From assembly GCA_002167845.2 (NCBI GenBank), contig NHBO02000064.1, forward strand, positions 80,910-144,909: a stretch of 64,000 nt of DNA, given 5' to 3'. The position numbers and the translations under genes are program-made. Below are positions 50,303 through 60,865 of this stretch, in pieces. This stretch comes from Phycisphaera sp. TMED9. GTDB lineage: Bacteria; Planctomycetota; Phycisphaerae; Phycisphaerales; SM1A02. The stretch's first letter is position 1. Each line of letters opens with the position of its first letter. The notes beneath the pieces are model-generated. The model was not told where the DNA came from. It did not search any database and was given only the letters and a program-made list of their open reading frames with translations.

Positions 50303-50695
50303 ATGAGTGAACACAACACCGATCCCGAACTCCTGAATCCGGGTCTCCCCGAGGACGACCCAGAACCCGGAGTCACCTGGTTCATCTCGCTGATCAGCCT
50401 GGTGCTCATGGTGATCACGGTTCTTGCTTCAGTCGCCATGTACTTCGGCTTCGTCGAAGGAGAAGTCGACCGAAAAATCGTCGATCGGCCGGTCGTCGAA
50501 CTGCAGGAACTGCGGCTCGGCCAGCAGGAACAACTCACCGAGTACGAGCAGTACGAGATTGAAGACGCCGAAGGCAACATGTTGAAGAGAATCCGAATCC
50601 CGATCAGCAAGGCGATGGAAAGCGTGATTGCGGGAGGCCGTGCCTCCGCCGACGCCGCCGAGTCCGATGAATCAGGAGCAGTCGCCAGCCGATGA
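50303..50695 (+). CDS. Small single-TM protein at the ActG position
   Basis: One TM, L.EY...RIRIPISKAM motif; lies between actF and the SCO gene. Confidence 0.7.
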   Translation: MSEHNTDPELLNPGLPEDDPEPGVTWFISLISLVLMVITVLASVAMYFGFVEGEVDRKIVDRPVVELQELRLGQQEQLTEYEQYEIEDAEGNMLKRIRIPISKAMESVIAGGRASADAAESDESGAVASR

Positions 50696-51627
50696 CCGAG
50701 CACGCCGTTCCATTCCGACGCAGCCGCATCGAGACCGACCACATCGTCGGCTCCCGAGCCCGTCGCGGTCTCCTCAGCCGTCTCGCGACGGTTGGAGTGC
50801 TGGCGTTGACCGGAACGATGGCTTCGGCGCAGGATCCGGAATTCAACGACGACGTCCCACCCGAGCTCGTCGGCGTGGACATCATCGAGCATCTCGACGA
50901 GACACTTCCGCTCGACCTGGTCTTCACCGATGAGGACGGTCAGGAGATCAAGCTCGGCGATCTTCTCGACGGCGATCGTCCCGCGATCCTGCAGATGGGC
51001 TACTTCAAGTGTCCGATGCTCTGCAATCTCGTGCTCAACGAGACGATGGACGGGCTGACGGGGGTCGATGACCTTTCCGCCGGCACGGACTTCGACCTCA
51101 TCGCAGTGAGCGTGAACCCCCGAGAGAGCCACGAGCTCGCGAAGATCAAGAAGGAGGGTTACCTCCTGGAGTACGGTCGCCCGGGCGCGTCCAGAGGCTT
51201 CCACTTCCTGACCGGATCGGCGGAAAACACTCGAGCCCTCGCGGATGCCGTCGGCTTCAAGTATCGACTTCAGGACGATGGCGAGTATGCACACGCCGCC
51301 GCGCTCTTCATCATCACTCCGGACGGGCGGATCTCCCGCTATCTCTACGGAGTTCGATACGAGCCGGCCACCCTGCGTTTCGCATTGATGGAAGGCGCCG
51401 AAGGCCGCATCGGCTCCACGCTCCAACGCTTCATCCTCTGGTGCCATGTCTACGACCCGGATTCGGGTTCGTACCACCTGCTCGCCTTCCGGGTGATGCA
51501 GCTGGGTGGGCTGGCCACGCTCTTCGTGATGGTGGCGGGTGTCGGTCTGCTCTGGGTCCGTGAACGCAGAGGTACGCCGCCCGCCGATTCCGCCGATCAG
51601 ATCGCCTCGACGAGGGGCGCCCCTTGA
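50692..51627 (+). CDS. SCO1/SenC family copper chaperone
   Basis: YFKCPMLC (CxxxC), HFLTG, YAHAAA, GRISRYLYG, C-terminal TM. Confidence 0.93.
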   Translation: MTEHAVPFRRSRIETDHIVGSRARRGLLSRLATVGVLALTGTMASAQDPEFNDDVPPELVGVDIIEHLDETLPLDLVFTDEDGQEIKLGDLLDGDRPAILQMGYFKCPMLCNLVLNETMDGLTGVDDLSAGTDFDLIAVSVNPRESHELAKIKKEGYLLEYGRPGASRGFHFLTGSAENTRALADAVGFKYRLQDDGEYAHAAALFIITPDGRISRYLYGVRYEPATLRFALMEGAEGRIGSTLQRFILWCHVYDPDSGSYHLLAFRVMQLGGLATLFVMVAGVGLLWVRERRGTPPADSADQIASTRGAP

Positions 51628-51724
51628 CCGATCTCCTCTCGCAGTTCCGCCGGTCTCTTCGATCGGATTCCATGATCTCTCGTCGCGTCGAAATTCTTCG
51701 ATCCGACAACGACCCGAGCCAGCC

Positions 51725-52969
51725 ATGATCGACCTTTCCTCGACTCTCGCCAATCTCGCTTCGAACACGGTGCTCGCGCTGCAGGACGTCGCGACCTCCG
51801 CCGCGCCCGCCGCGGCCGCGTTCGCGGAACCCGTCGTCGAACAGCGTGAACTCACTGGTGGCTTCTGGCTTCCCCAGGCATCCAGCACGCTCGCGCCGGC
51901 GACGGACTTCGCGTTCAATGCGATCACCTGGCTGAGTTACGTGTTCTTCTTCGGAATCACGTTCGTGCTGGTCTACCTCACCTGGAAGTATCGCCAGCGA
52001 GGCACCGAGGTCCGCTACGACGCCGGCGCACCGGTGCACAACACGCCTCTCGAAGTCGGCTGGACGGTCATCCCGCTCCTGCTGGTGATCGCGATCTTCT
52101 TCATGGGTTTCAAGGGCTTCCTCGATCTCTCGACGCCGCCCAAGAACGCGTACGAGATCAATGTCACCGCGGCGCAGTGGTCGTGGAACTTCAAGTATCC
52201 CAATGGCGCGACCAGCAACGACCTCGTCGTTCCCGCAGGCCAGCCGGTGAAGCTCGTGATGCGTTCCAACGACGTGCTTCACAGCCTGTTCATTCCGGAT
52301 TTCCGGGTGAAGCATGACGTCATTCCCGGTCGGTACACGTACCTCTGGTTCCAGGCCGACGAGCCCACGGGCATCGTCCCCGAGGATCAGATGGCGACGA
52401 CTACGAAGGGGCACTATCTCTTCTGCACCGAGTATTGCGGAACGGACCACTCCAACATGGGCCGCAAGGTCTTCGTGCTCAACGAAGAGGACTTCAAGGA
52501 GTGGGAAGAGACGCAGGCCCGTTGGCTCGACGAGGTCCCAGACGAGGAACTCTACTCCGTCGCGGGTCCCAAGCTCTACCTTCGATGTTCGAACTGTCAC
52601 TCGATCGACGGGACCGCAGGAACCGGCCCGTCCTGGGGCGACCAGACATCCGGCTCCATCGCCGGCCTCGGAAACGTCTGGACGCGGACGATCGAAGGGA
52701 AGACGCCGATCGACGGCGGAACCCGCGACGACGGTGGTTCGACGCTCTCGGACTACATCGGCCCTGGAAAACTCTACGAGACGCCCGAAGACTACATTCG
52801 AGCCTCGATCTACAACCCCGGCGGCCTTCTGGTCTCGGGATACGGTCCGAACATGCCGCACTTCAAGGGGCAGTTGAACGACCGAGCGATCGATGCGCTC
52901 ATCGGGATGATGAAACAACTGGATCAGTTCGACGCCAAGGGCCGGTACATCGGCAAGGCGCCGAACTGA
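51725..52969 (+). CDS. coxB: Cytochrome c oxidase subunit II with fused cytochrome c (caa3 type), copy 2
   Basis: LEVGWTVIP, QWSWNFKY, DVLHS, CTEYCGTDHSNM CuA motif, CSNCH, YIRASIYNP...NMP. Probable ATG at 51725. Confidence 0.95.
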   Translation: MIDLSSTLANLASNTVLALQDVATSAAPAAAAFAEPVVEQRELTGGFWLPQASSTLAPATDFAFNAITWLSYVFFFGITFVLVYLTWKYRQRGTEVRYDAGAPVHNTPLEVGWTVIPLLLVIAIFFMGFKGFLDLSTPPKNAYEINVTAAQWSWNFKYPNGATSNDLVVPAGQPVKLVMRSNDVLHSLFIPDFRVKHDVIPGRYTYLWFQADEPTGIVPEDQMATTTKGHYLFCTEYCGTDHSNMGRKVFVLNEEDFKEWEETQARWLDEVPDEELYSVAGPKLYLRCSNCHSIDGTAGTGPSWGDQTSGSIAGLGNVWTRTIEGKTPIDGGTRDDGGSTLSDYIGPGKLYETPEDYIRASIYNPGGLLVSGYGPNMPHFKGQLNDRAIDALIGMMKQLDQFDAKGRYIGKAPN

Positions 52970-53123
52970 CCGTGAAGCCTTCTTCGTCGACCGGGGTGGT
53001 CGACACGTTCGAAATCATGCGGATCGGCATTCGTTCGTCGATTCGATTCCGAAGCACCCCCCTCGTTCTTCGAGGTGAGACACCGCGATCCACGGATCGC
53101 ATCACTTGCTGCAGAGATTCGTC

Positions 53124-54824
<1,701 letters not shown>

Positions 54825-54926
54825 GCCTCGGGCGTCCGCCGGGCGGACGCTCATGCAATTCGCACCCCTTTCGGGGATCTCGGGAACTCGTCCCGATCCC
54901 CATGTTTCCCTTCGGGAGCCTTTCGG

Positions 54927-55889
54927 ATGACCTCCATCCCGGCCAATCCCTCCGATCAAGCCGATGACCACGGTCACGACGACCATGATCATCCGCATGA
55001 TCCGAATCTCGCCCATCACTTCGAGTCCATGGAACAGCAGTTGGACTCGGGGAAGCTGGGAATGTGGTTGTTCCTCGCCACCGAAGTCCTCTTCTTCGGC
55101 GGATTGTTCGCCGCCTATGCGGTGCTTCGCGCCCGCAACCCGGAGGTCTTCTCCTACGCGAGCCACTACCTCGACACGATGATGGGTGGGATCAACACGT
55201 GCGTGCTCATTCTTTCCAGTCTGACCATGGCGCTTGCGGTTCGGTTCGCGCAGCAAGGCAGAAAGACCCTTCTGGTCATCTGTCTCTGGCTCACCATGGG
55301 CGGGGCCGTCGGGTTCCTGGTCATCAAGTACTTCGAGTACTCCCACAAGATTCATGACCACCTGGTCTGGGGTGGCGCTTTCTACGAGCCGGTCGACGAA
55401 GCCCAGAAGGCGCAGCTCGCCACGCCGCTGGTGGCGCTGGATGCACCGCTGGTCGACGGTCCGAAGGAAGCCAACGCGAGCGAAGCCCGGTCGATCGCGT
55501 TGTCACAGATCGTGAACCAGCCGGAGGAAGCCGCATCGAGCATCAAGACCGCGGTCCTCGGACCGGCCGGACTCTCAGCGGCTCCGGCCGCGGCGGAGGC
55601 CGCGATCGAGGACAAGGAGAGCGACGGGCATTCGGCGGCGGGGCATCTTGGTGATCCCGAAATGCCGGTCGGGACGCACCTGTTCTTCGGGATCTACTTC
55701 TGCATGACCGGGCTTCACGGTGTTCACGTGATCATCGGCATGGGAGTGATCGGCTGGTTGATCTGGCGATCACAGCGTGGTGACTTCGGTCCGAAGTACT
55801 TCACGCCCGTGGATCTCGGTGGGCTCTACTGGCATATCGTCGACCTGATCTGGATCTTCCTCTTTCCGCTCTTCTATCTGATTCACTGA
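54927..55889 (+). CDS. ctaE: Cytochrome c oxidase subunit III with His-rich N-terminus and ~100-aa insertion
   Basis: LAHHF, GMWLFLATEVLFFGGLF, NTCVLILSSLT, YFCMTGLHGVHV, LYWHIVDLIWIFLFP. Confidence 0.95.
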   Translation: MTSIPANPSDQADDHGHDDHDHPHDPNLAHHFESMEQQLDSGKLGMWLFLATEVLFFGGLFAAYAVLRARNPEVFSYASHYLDTMMGGINTCVLILSSLTMALAVRFAQQGRKTLLVICLWLTMGGAVGFLVIKYFEYSHKIHDHLVWGGAFYEPVDEAQKAQLATPLVALDAPLVDGPKEANASEARSIALSQIVNQPEEAASSIKTAVLGPAGLSAAPAAAEAAIEDKESDGHSAAGHLGDPEMPVGTHLFFGIYFCMTGLHGVHVIIGMGVIGWLIWRSQRGDFGPKYFTPVDLGGLYWHIVDLIWIFLFPLFYLIH

Positions 55890-55957
55890 GCGGATCACCG
55901 GTCGTTCCATTCTCTCTTCAGACCCGGACGATCATCGTCCCGAAACGAGTCAAGAAC

Positions 55958-56377
55958 ATGTCCCACGAAACCACCGCCCAACACGATGAGCACGACGACG
56001 ACCATGGCCTCGGGCACGTCGTGAGTTACGGCGTTCTCTTCGGCACCGGTTCGATCCTCCTGGTGATGACCATCATCACCGTCGCGGTCACCTACGTCGA
56101 CGCGGGCGAGATGAACATGCCGATCGCCCTCGGGATCGCCGGCATCAAGGCGACGCTGGTGGCATTGTTCTTCATGCACCTCTACTGGGACCGACCGTTC
56201 AACGCACTGGTTCTCGTCGCGTCGATCGTGTTCGTGGTGCTTCTCATGATCTTCGTGCTCATGGACAGCGGGCAATACGCTCCAAGCGTGATCAAGGGAA
56301 ATGCGCCGGGAGTCCAGGAAGTGTTGTCGATCGATGCGCCCGGGGCGCCGATCGCCGAGCAGTCTCAAATCCCCTGA
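55958..56377 (+). CDS. ctaF: Cytochrome c oxidase subunit IV (caa3-type)
   Basis: Three TMs, IAGIKATLVALFFMHL motif. Confidence 0.92.
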   Translation: MSHETTAQHDEHDDDHGLGHVVSYGVLFGTGSILLVMTIITVAVTYVDAGEMNMPIALGIAGIKATLVALFFMHLYWDRPFNALVLVASIVFVVLLMIFVLMDSGQYAPSVIKGNAPGVQEVLSIDAPGAPIAEQSQIP

Positions 56378-56396
56378 TCAACGGCAGAATTCCGAT

Positions 56397-56422
56397 CAGA
56401 ACCCCGTGAGAGCGGGGTTCTG
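56397..56422 (+). terminator. Hairpin ending the ACIII-caa3 operon
   Basis: CAGAACCCCG-TGAGAG-CGGGGTTCTG perfect 10-bp stem followed by TCATTTCT. Confidence 0.7.
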
Positions 56423-56453
56423 TCATTTCTCCACATCGCTATCCTCGAGGGTC

Positions 56454-57059
56454 ATGGCCAACATCGTCTCGCCATTCGAAGATCCATCGACCCGGCTCTC
56501 CGCCGGGCGTTTCGGAATGCTGATCTTCATCGCATCCCTCGCGATGATCTTCGCGGCATCGATCCTCGGAGTCATGGTGGTTCGCTTCGAAGACTCCGGG
56601 GTCTGGCCGCCCGAGGGGATGCCGTCGCTTCCCGGGATTCTTCTCTGGAGCACGGTCGTCTTGATCGCGTCGAGCGGTACGCAGGTCCTCGCAAGCCGGG
56701 CGGCCGGCCGAGGGGACGGCCCGGCACTTCGCCGGTGGATGATCATGACCCTCGGTCTGGCGATCGTCTTTCTGATCATGCAGGGATGGGCGTGGATCGA
56801 TCTCCTCGATCGCGGGCTTGATTTCTCCCGTCATCTCTATGCATGGACCTTCTATTTTCTCACCGGGCTTCATGCCCTGCATGTCATTGGTGGCGTGATT
56901 CCGATGTGCTTCGTCACCGCTCGGGCCGTCCGCCTTGGTTACACCCGGGAGAATCATCGCGGGGTGGCCTACGTCGCGATGTACTGGCATTTCCTCGACG
57001 TGGCCTGGATCACCCTGTACGTCACGTTGCTCTGGGGTGTGGGCACGCTTCCCTGGTGA
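56454..57059 (+). CDS. Additional cytochrome c oxidase subunit III-like protein
   Basis: GMLIFIASLAMIF, STVVLIASS, FYFLTGLHALHV, YWHFLDVAW. ATG at 56454 with its own TATCCT -10. Confidence 0.88.
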   Translation: MANIVSPFEDPSTRLSAGRFGMLIFIASLAMIFAASILGVMVVRFEDSGVWPPEGMPSLPGILLWSTVVLIASSGTQVLASRAAGRGDGPALRRWMIMTLGLAIVFLIMQGWAWIDLLDRGLDFSRHLYAWTFYFLTGLHALHVIGGVIPMCFVTARAVRLGYTRENHRGVAYVAMYWHFLDVAWITLYVTLLWGVGTLPW

Positions 57060-57081
57060 GCGCCGCGCGTCATTCCGCCGG

Positions 57082-58470
57082 TCATCCCGGGACGGCCGCG
57101 GTATCCACGCGGGCGTCGTGGGATGACGGTGACGCCGCTTCGAATCGACGGATGCAGGCGAAGAGCGCGGCGGCGGCGGCCAGAAGCAGTGCGCCGTTCG
57201 CTTGATGCGCCGAAGTCGGCACGAGTTCCCAGATCGGGATTTCCACCGTCTTCCGAAGCACGGTCGAGATGAAGGCGAGTACTCCGAGCGTGAACTGGAT
57301 TCCAACCAGGAGGTTCACCGCCCGCCCGAGACCCGGGACCATCGGAACGCCGGAATCTCGGCGAGCCTTGGCGCGAAGGCCGGCGAACAACGCCGTCACC
57401 AGGGCGACGAGCGAGAACGCCAGGTGGCCGTACATGGCCCACCCGGGAGGAACCGGTGCCGGGGCTCCATCGAGGGCCGGCGTGGCGAAGTGCCGGTAGC
57501 AGGCTCCGAGAAACAGCTGGATGAGCAAGGCCGCGAGAAGCATGCTCGACCAGGCGCGGTCGCCATCCTCTTCCGGGATCGAGATCGCCGGTGATGTCTT
57601 GTCCCGCCAGCGTCGGCTGCTCACGGCCGCGAGCGCCACGAACGCGGCGAAGGTGAGTTGTCCGAAGACGCCATGGGCGACGGCGAAGGCGGTGCTTGGC
57701 TCGACCTCCGTCTGGCTGGTCGTGAACTCGCCGGTGACTCGCAGGCCGCCCATCAGTCCCTGGATGCAGACCATGAGGAAGATGATGCCGGCGAACCAGC
57801 GTACCCAACCTCGATCGTCGTACTTGAAGACCATCACCAGCAGCGTGATGGCGGTCACGCCGACGAGCATTCCATAGAGCCGGTGAGCATGTTCGTAGAA
57901 GATTCCACCCTTCATTTCAGAGAGTGGGTAGAGCAGCATGTTGTGGCCGAAGGAGTTCGGCCAGTCCGGCACCGCGAGCCCGGCCTCCATGCCAGTGACC
58001 AGACCTCCGGTCACGATGAGGACGAAGACGGTTCCGGCCGCGACGAGCGAGAAGAAACTCGCCGGGGCGATCGGCACCGAGCGAGGTCGGAAGCCTCGGC
58101 GTCCGATCATGGCGCCGATTCCACCGAGGACCGCCGACACGACGAAGAGGCCCGCCACCCACGCAATACCGCTGGCGAGCACCGATCCGTCCTCGCCTCG
58201 TCCGAAGAGGCTGCCCACGACCAGAAGATTGACCGCCGCACTGATCAGACCCGTCCCAACCCCCGCGGACGTGGTTCCGACCAGACGTCCTGCGAAGAAC
58301 CCGCCGAGGCCGAGGACCAGCAATTCGGCCCCAAAGACGATCTCGCCCACTGCCAGGCCGGGTTGCATGAACGCCAGGTACCCCAATGCCCACATCAGCG
58401 TGGTGGTCGCGAATCCGAGGCCGATCACAAGGCCTCGAGATCCTGATGATGGAGAAATGGGGGCGTTCAT
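57082..58470 (-). CDS. ctaA: Heme A synthase (CtaA/COX15 family) with N-terminal membrane extension
   Basis: GGLVT...GLAVPDWP, EHAHRL, IQGLMGGLRV, HG..GQ, HL, HQANGA. Probable ATG at 58470. Confidence 0.9.
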   Translation of the reverse strand: MNAPISPSSGSRGLVIGLGFATTTLMWALGYLAFMQPGLAVGEIVFGAELLVLGLGGFFAGRLVGTTSAGVGTGLISAAVNLLVVGSLFGRGEDGSVLASGIAWVAGLFVVSAVLGGIGAMIGRRGFRPRSVPIAPASFFSLVAAGTVFVLIVTGGLVTGMEAGLAVPDWPNSFGHNMLLYPLSEMKGGIFYEHAHRLYGMLVGVTAITLLVMVFKYDDRGWVRWFAGIIFLMVCIQGLMGGLRVTGEFTTSQTEVEPSTAFAVAHGVFGQLTFAAFVALAAVSSRRWRDKTSPAISIPEEDGDRAWSSMLLAALLIQLFLGACYRHFATPALDGAPAPVPPGWAMYGHLAFSLVALVTALFAGLRAKARRDSGVPMVPGLGRAVNLLVGIQFTLGVLAFISTVLRKTVEIPIWELVPTSAHQANGALLLAAAAALFACIRRFEAASPSSHDARVDTAAVPG

Positions 58471-58657
58471 CGGTGAGGTGGTCCGAACAGGGGATTCGAG
58501 GCCGAGCAGCGATGGATTCGGTCGCGATCGCCACCGGATCAAGGTCTCGGATTCTAGTCGTTTGCATCGGGCGATCACTCGTCGCGATCATCCTTTTCAA
58601 GTTCCGGCGGCCAATCATCGGGCTGATGCCATCCGTGGTCGTAGAATCCTCGGGTTC

Positions 58658-59689
58658 ATGAGCGATGCCGCCCCCGAGGTTCCGATCGAGCCGAACGCAG
58701 ACACCTCCACGGTGTTCGCGGGGACGCCGCGTGCGGGTGTCCGGCGGATGATCATGGACGTCACCAAGATGCGATTGAATGCGCTGGTGCTTCTGACCAC
58801 CGCGGTCGGATACGTTCTGGGACGAACTGGCGCTCCGGATTTCGGTTGGTCGGGGTTGATGTTGACGCTCTTCGGCACGGGGCTCGCCGCCGCCAGCGCC
58901 GCCATGCTCAATCAGGTGATCGAGCAGACCCGGGACGCGAAGATGCATCGAACGCGCGAGCGACCGGTCGCAAGTGGTCGTCTTTCCGCGAGTCTCACGC
59001 TTCTCGTCGGAATCGCGCTGGCGTATGCAGGGTTCGCGATCCTCAGTGGATGGGTCGGCCTGACGCCTGGCGTGTTGGCGGTCTCCAACGTCGTGATCTA
59101 CGCGGCGATCTACACCCCGCTCAAACCGATCACCACCACGAACACGTTGTTCGGGGCCATCTGTGGCGCCATCCCTCCGATGATCGGATGGAGCGCCGCC
59201 ACGGGTGGGCTCGAAGCGGGCGCCTGGATATTGGGTGGTTTGTTGTTCGTCTGGCAACTTCCGCACTTCTTTGCATTGGCCTGGATGTATCGGGATGACT
59301 ATCGGCGCGGTGGTCATGCGATGCTCCCGGTTCTCGATACGAGTGGTCGCATCACCGGTCAGGTCATGACCTCGACGGCGGCGCTTCTGGTTCCGGTGGG
59401 ACTGACCGCGACGCTGTTCGGCGTCGCAGGTTGGATTTCCGCGGCCGCGTGCGTCATCTTCGGCATCTGGTTCACGCTCCGGTGTGCCCGGTTCTGGCGA
59501 TCGCCCAGTGATGCACTGGCCCGAAGCGCCTTCTTCGCCAGTCTGGCCTATCTGCCGCTGGTACTCGGCGTCATGGTGTTGGATCGTGGAGCGGTGAATC
59601 CCGAGTCATGGCTTCGCGGTGGGCGTGATCCGGTGTTCACCGAGGTCGAGACCGAGACTCCCGCCGGGGACGAGGTTCAGCAGCCGTGA
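58658..59689 (+). CDS. ctaB: Protoheme IX farnesyltransferase (heme O synthase)
   Basis: TKMR, NQVIE...DAKMHRTRERP, YTPLK, GAIPPMIGW, WQLPHF, YRDDY..GG..MLP. Confidence 0.97.
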   Translation: MSDAAPEVPIEPNADTSTVFAGTPRAGVRRMIMDVTKMRLNALVLLTTAVGYVLGRTGAPDFGWSGLMLTLFGTGLAAASAAMLNQVIEQTRDAKMHRTRERPVASGRLSASLTLLVGIALAYAGFAILSGWVGLTPGVLAVSNVVIYAAIYTPLKPITTTNTLFGAICGAIPPMIGWSAATGGLEAGAWILGGLLFVWQLPHFFALAWMYRDDYRRGGHAMLPVLDTSGRITGQVMTSTAALLVPVGLTATLFGVAGWISAAACVIFGIWFTLRCARFWRSPSDALARSAFFASLAYLPLVLGVMVLDRGAVNPESWLRGGRDPVFTEVETETPAGDEVQQP

Positions 59690-60828
59690 CGCCTTCTGGT
59701 GGAGAGACCGATGCCCGTCCGAAGTCGAGCATGACTCCGCTCATTCTCGTGATCGCCCTCGGATTTTCGGGGGCCGCGGTCGTACTGGGGTGGGGATTGG
59801 TCGGCGTCTTCTCCGGCGAACCTCCGATCGGTGACGGCCGCGATCCCGCGTCGTACGGTTTCGATCTCTCGGCACTCGAGATCGATCCGGAGGCGCTGGC
59901 CGCCAGCGGGAATCCCCGGGACTTCCTGTTCCCCCTGGTCGATCCGGTGGTGATTCCGGGCGGGGAGGTGGCGGGTCTCAATGCGTCCAACAAACGAAAG
60001 TGGCAGAAGGAAGTCGTCAGCGGCGATCGGGTCGTGGGGGTCGAGATCGACGGGGTCTTTCGGGCGTATCCGATGTTCATCCTCGATGCCCACGAGGTCG
60101 TCCAGGATCGAATCGGCGAGACGCCCATCGTGGTGGCGCGGTCTCCGTTGGTCGACGAGGTCGTGGTGTTCGAAGGGATGTCGGACGGCGCGGCCATCGA
60201 AGTCGGCGTGAGCGGACTTCTCGACGACCTCTCGCTGATCATGCATGATCAAGATTCCGTCTCGCCCAGTCTGTTGTCGGGGCACGATGGTCGGTTCATC
60301 GCCGGACCGAAGACCGGGGCGCGCTTGGAAGTGGTTCCGGGCGTGGTGGTGACCACCTGGCGGGATTGGCTTGCTCGGCATCCCGAGACCGGCGTCGTGC
60401 TCCGTGACGTCGGATCGTTCCAGCGGTATCGGCGGGTCTCCTACGACCGGTACCTCGATGGTTCCGCCTGGATCATCCCGCCGAGGAACTCCATGGATGT
60501 CGCGCTGGGAGCGCGGGATCGCGTTCTCGCCGTGCGAGGCCCCGAGGCTGGGGCGCGTTGGTGGATCTTCCCGCTGATCGATCTGGCGACACGCTTGACG
60601 CCGGAGGGAATCTCGATCGCCGTTGACGATCGGCGGCTGATGATCGCGGAAGGAACCGGGGACTCCGCCGCAACCATCGATCTCATCGAGTCCGATGGTC
60701 TGGAACTTCGTTTCGGTTTCTGGCAGGCGGCATCGATCCGAGAACCGGAAGCCGCGCGAGCGGCGCTGGAGCGAGGTCGCCAGGCCCTGGAGGCTGCGAC
60801 GGTCGGTGGCGATCCGGAATCGGACTGA
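59686..60828 (+). CDS. DUF3179-like membrane-anchored protein
   Basis: DRVVGVEIDG..RAYP..IL..HEVV.D, VSGLL...L.M.D, TTWRDW...HPET.V patterns; overlaps the ctaB stop (GTGA). Confidence 0.7.
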   Translation: MTPSGGETDARPKSSMTPLILVIALGFSGAAVVLGWGLVGVFSGEPPIGDGRDPASYGFDLSALEIDPEALAASGNPRDFLFPLVDPVVIPGGEVAGLNASNKRKWQKEVVSGDRVVGVEIDGVFRAYPMFILDAHEVVQDRIGETPIVVARSPLVDEVVVFEGMSDGAAIEVGVSGLLDDLSLIMHDQDSVSPSLLSGHDGRFIAGPKTGARLEVVPGVVVTTWRDWLARHPETGVVLRDVGSFQRYRRVSYDRYLDGSAWIIPPRNSMDVALGARDRVLAVRGPEAGARWWIFPLIDLATRLTPEGISIAVDDRRLMIAEGTGDSAATIDLIESDGLELRFGFWQAASIREPEAARAALERGRQALEAATVGGDPESD

Positions 60829-60865
60829 CCCGTGACTTCACGTCGCAGGCTCGTCGAATCGAGGC

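Noticed and set aside
52970..53123. Small hairpins between coxB and ctaD (GTCGACC/GGTCGAC, GCGATCC/GGATCGC) and at 54825-54926
   Set aside because: Short GC stems are expected by chance at this GC content; no U-tracts or recognisable ncRNA family.
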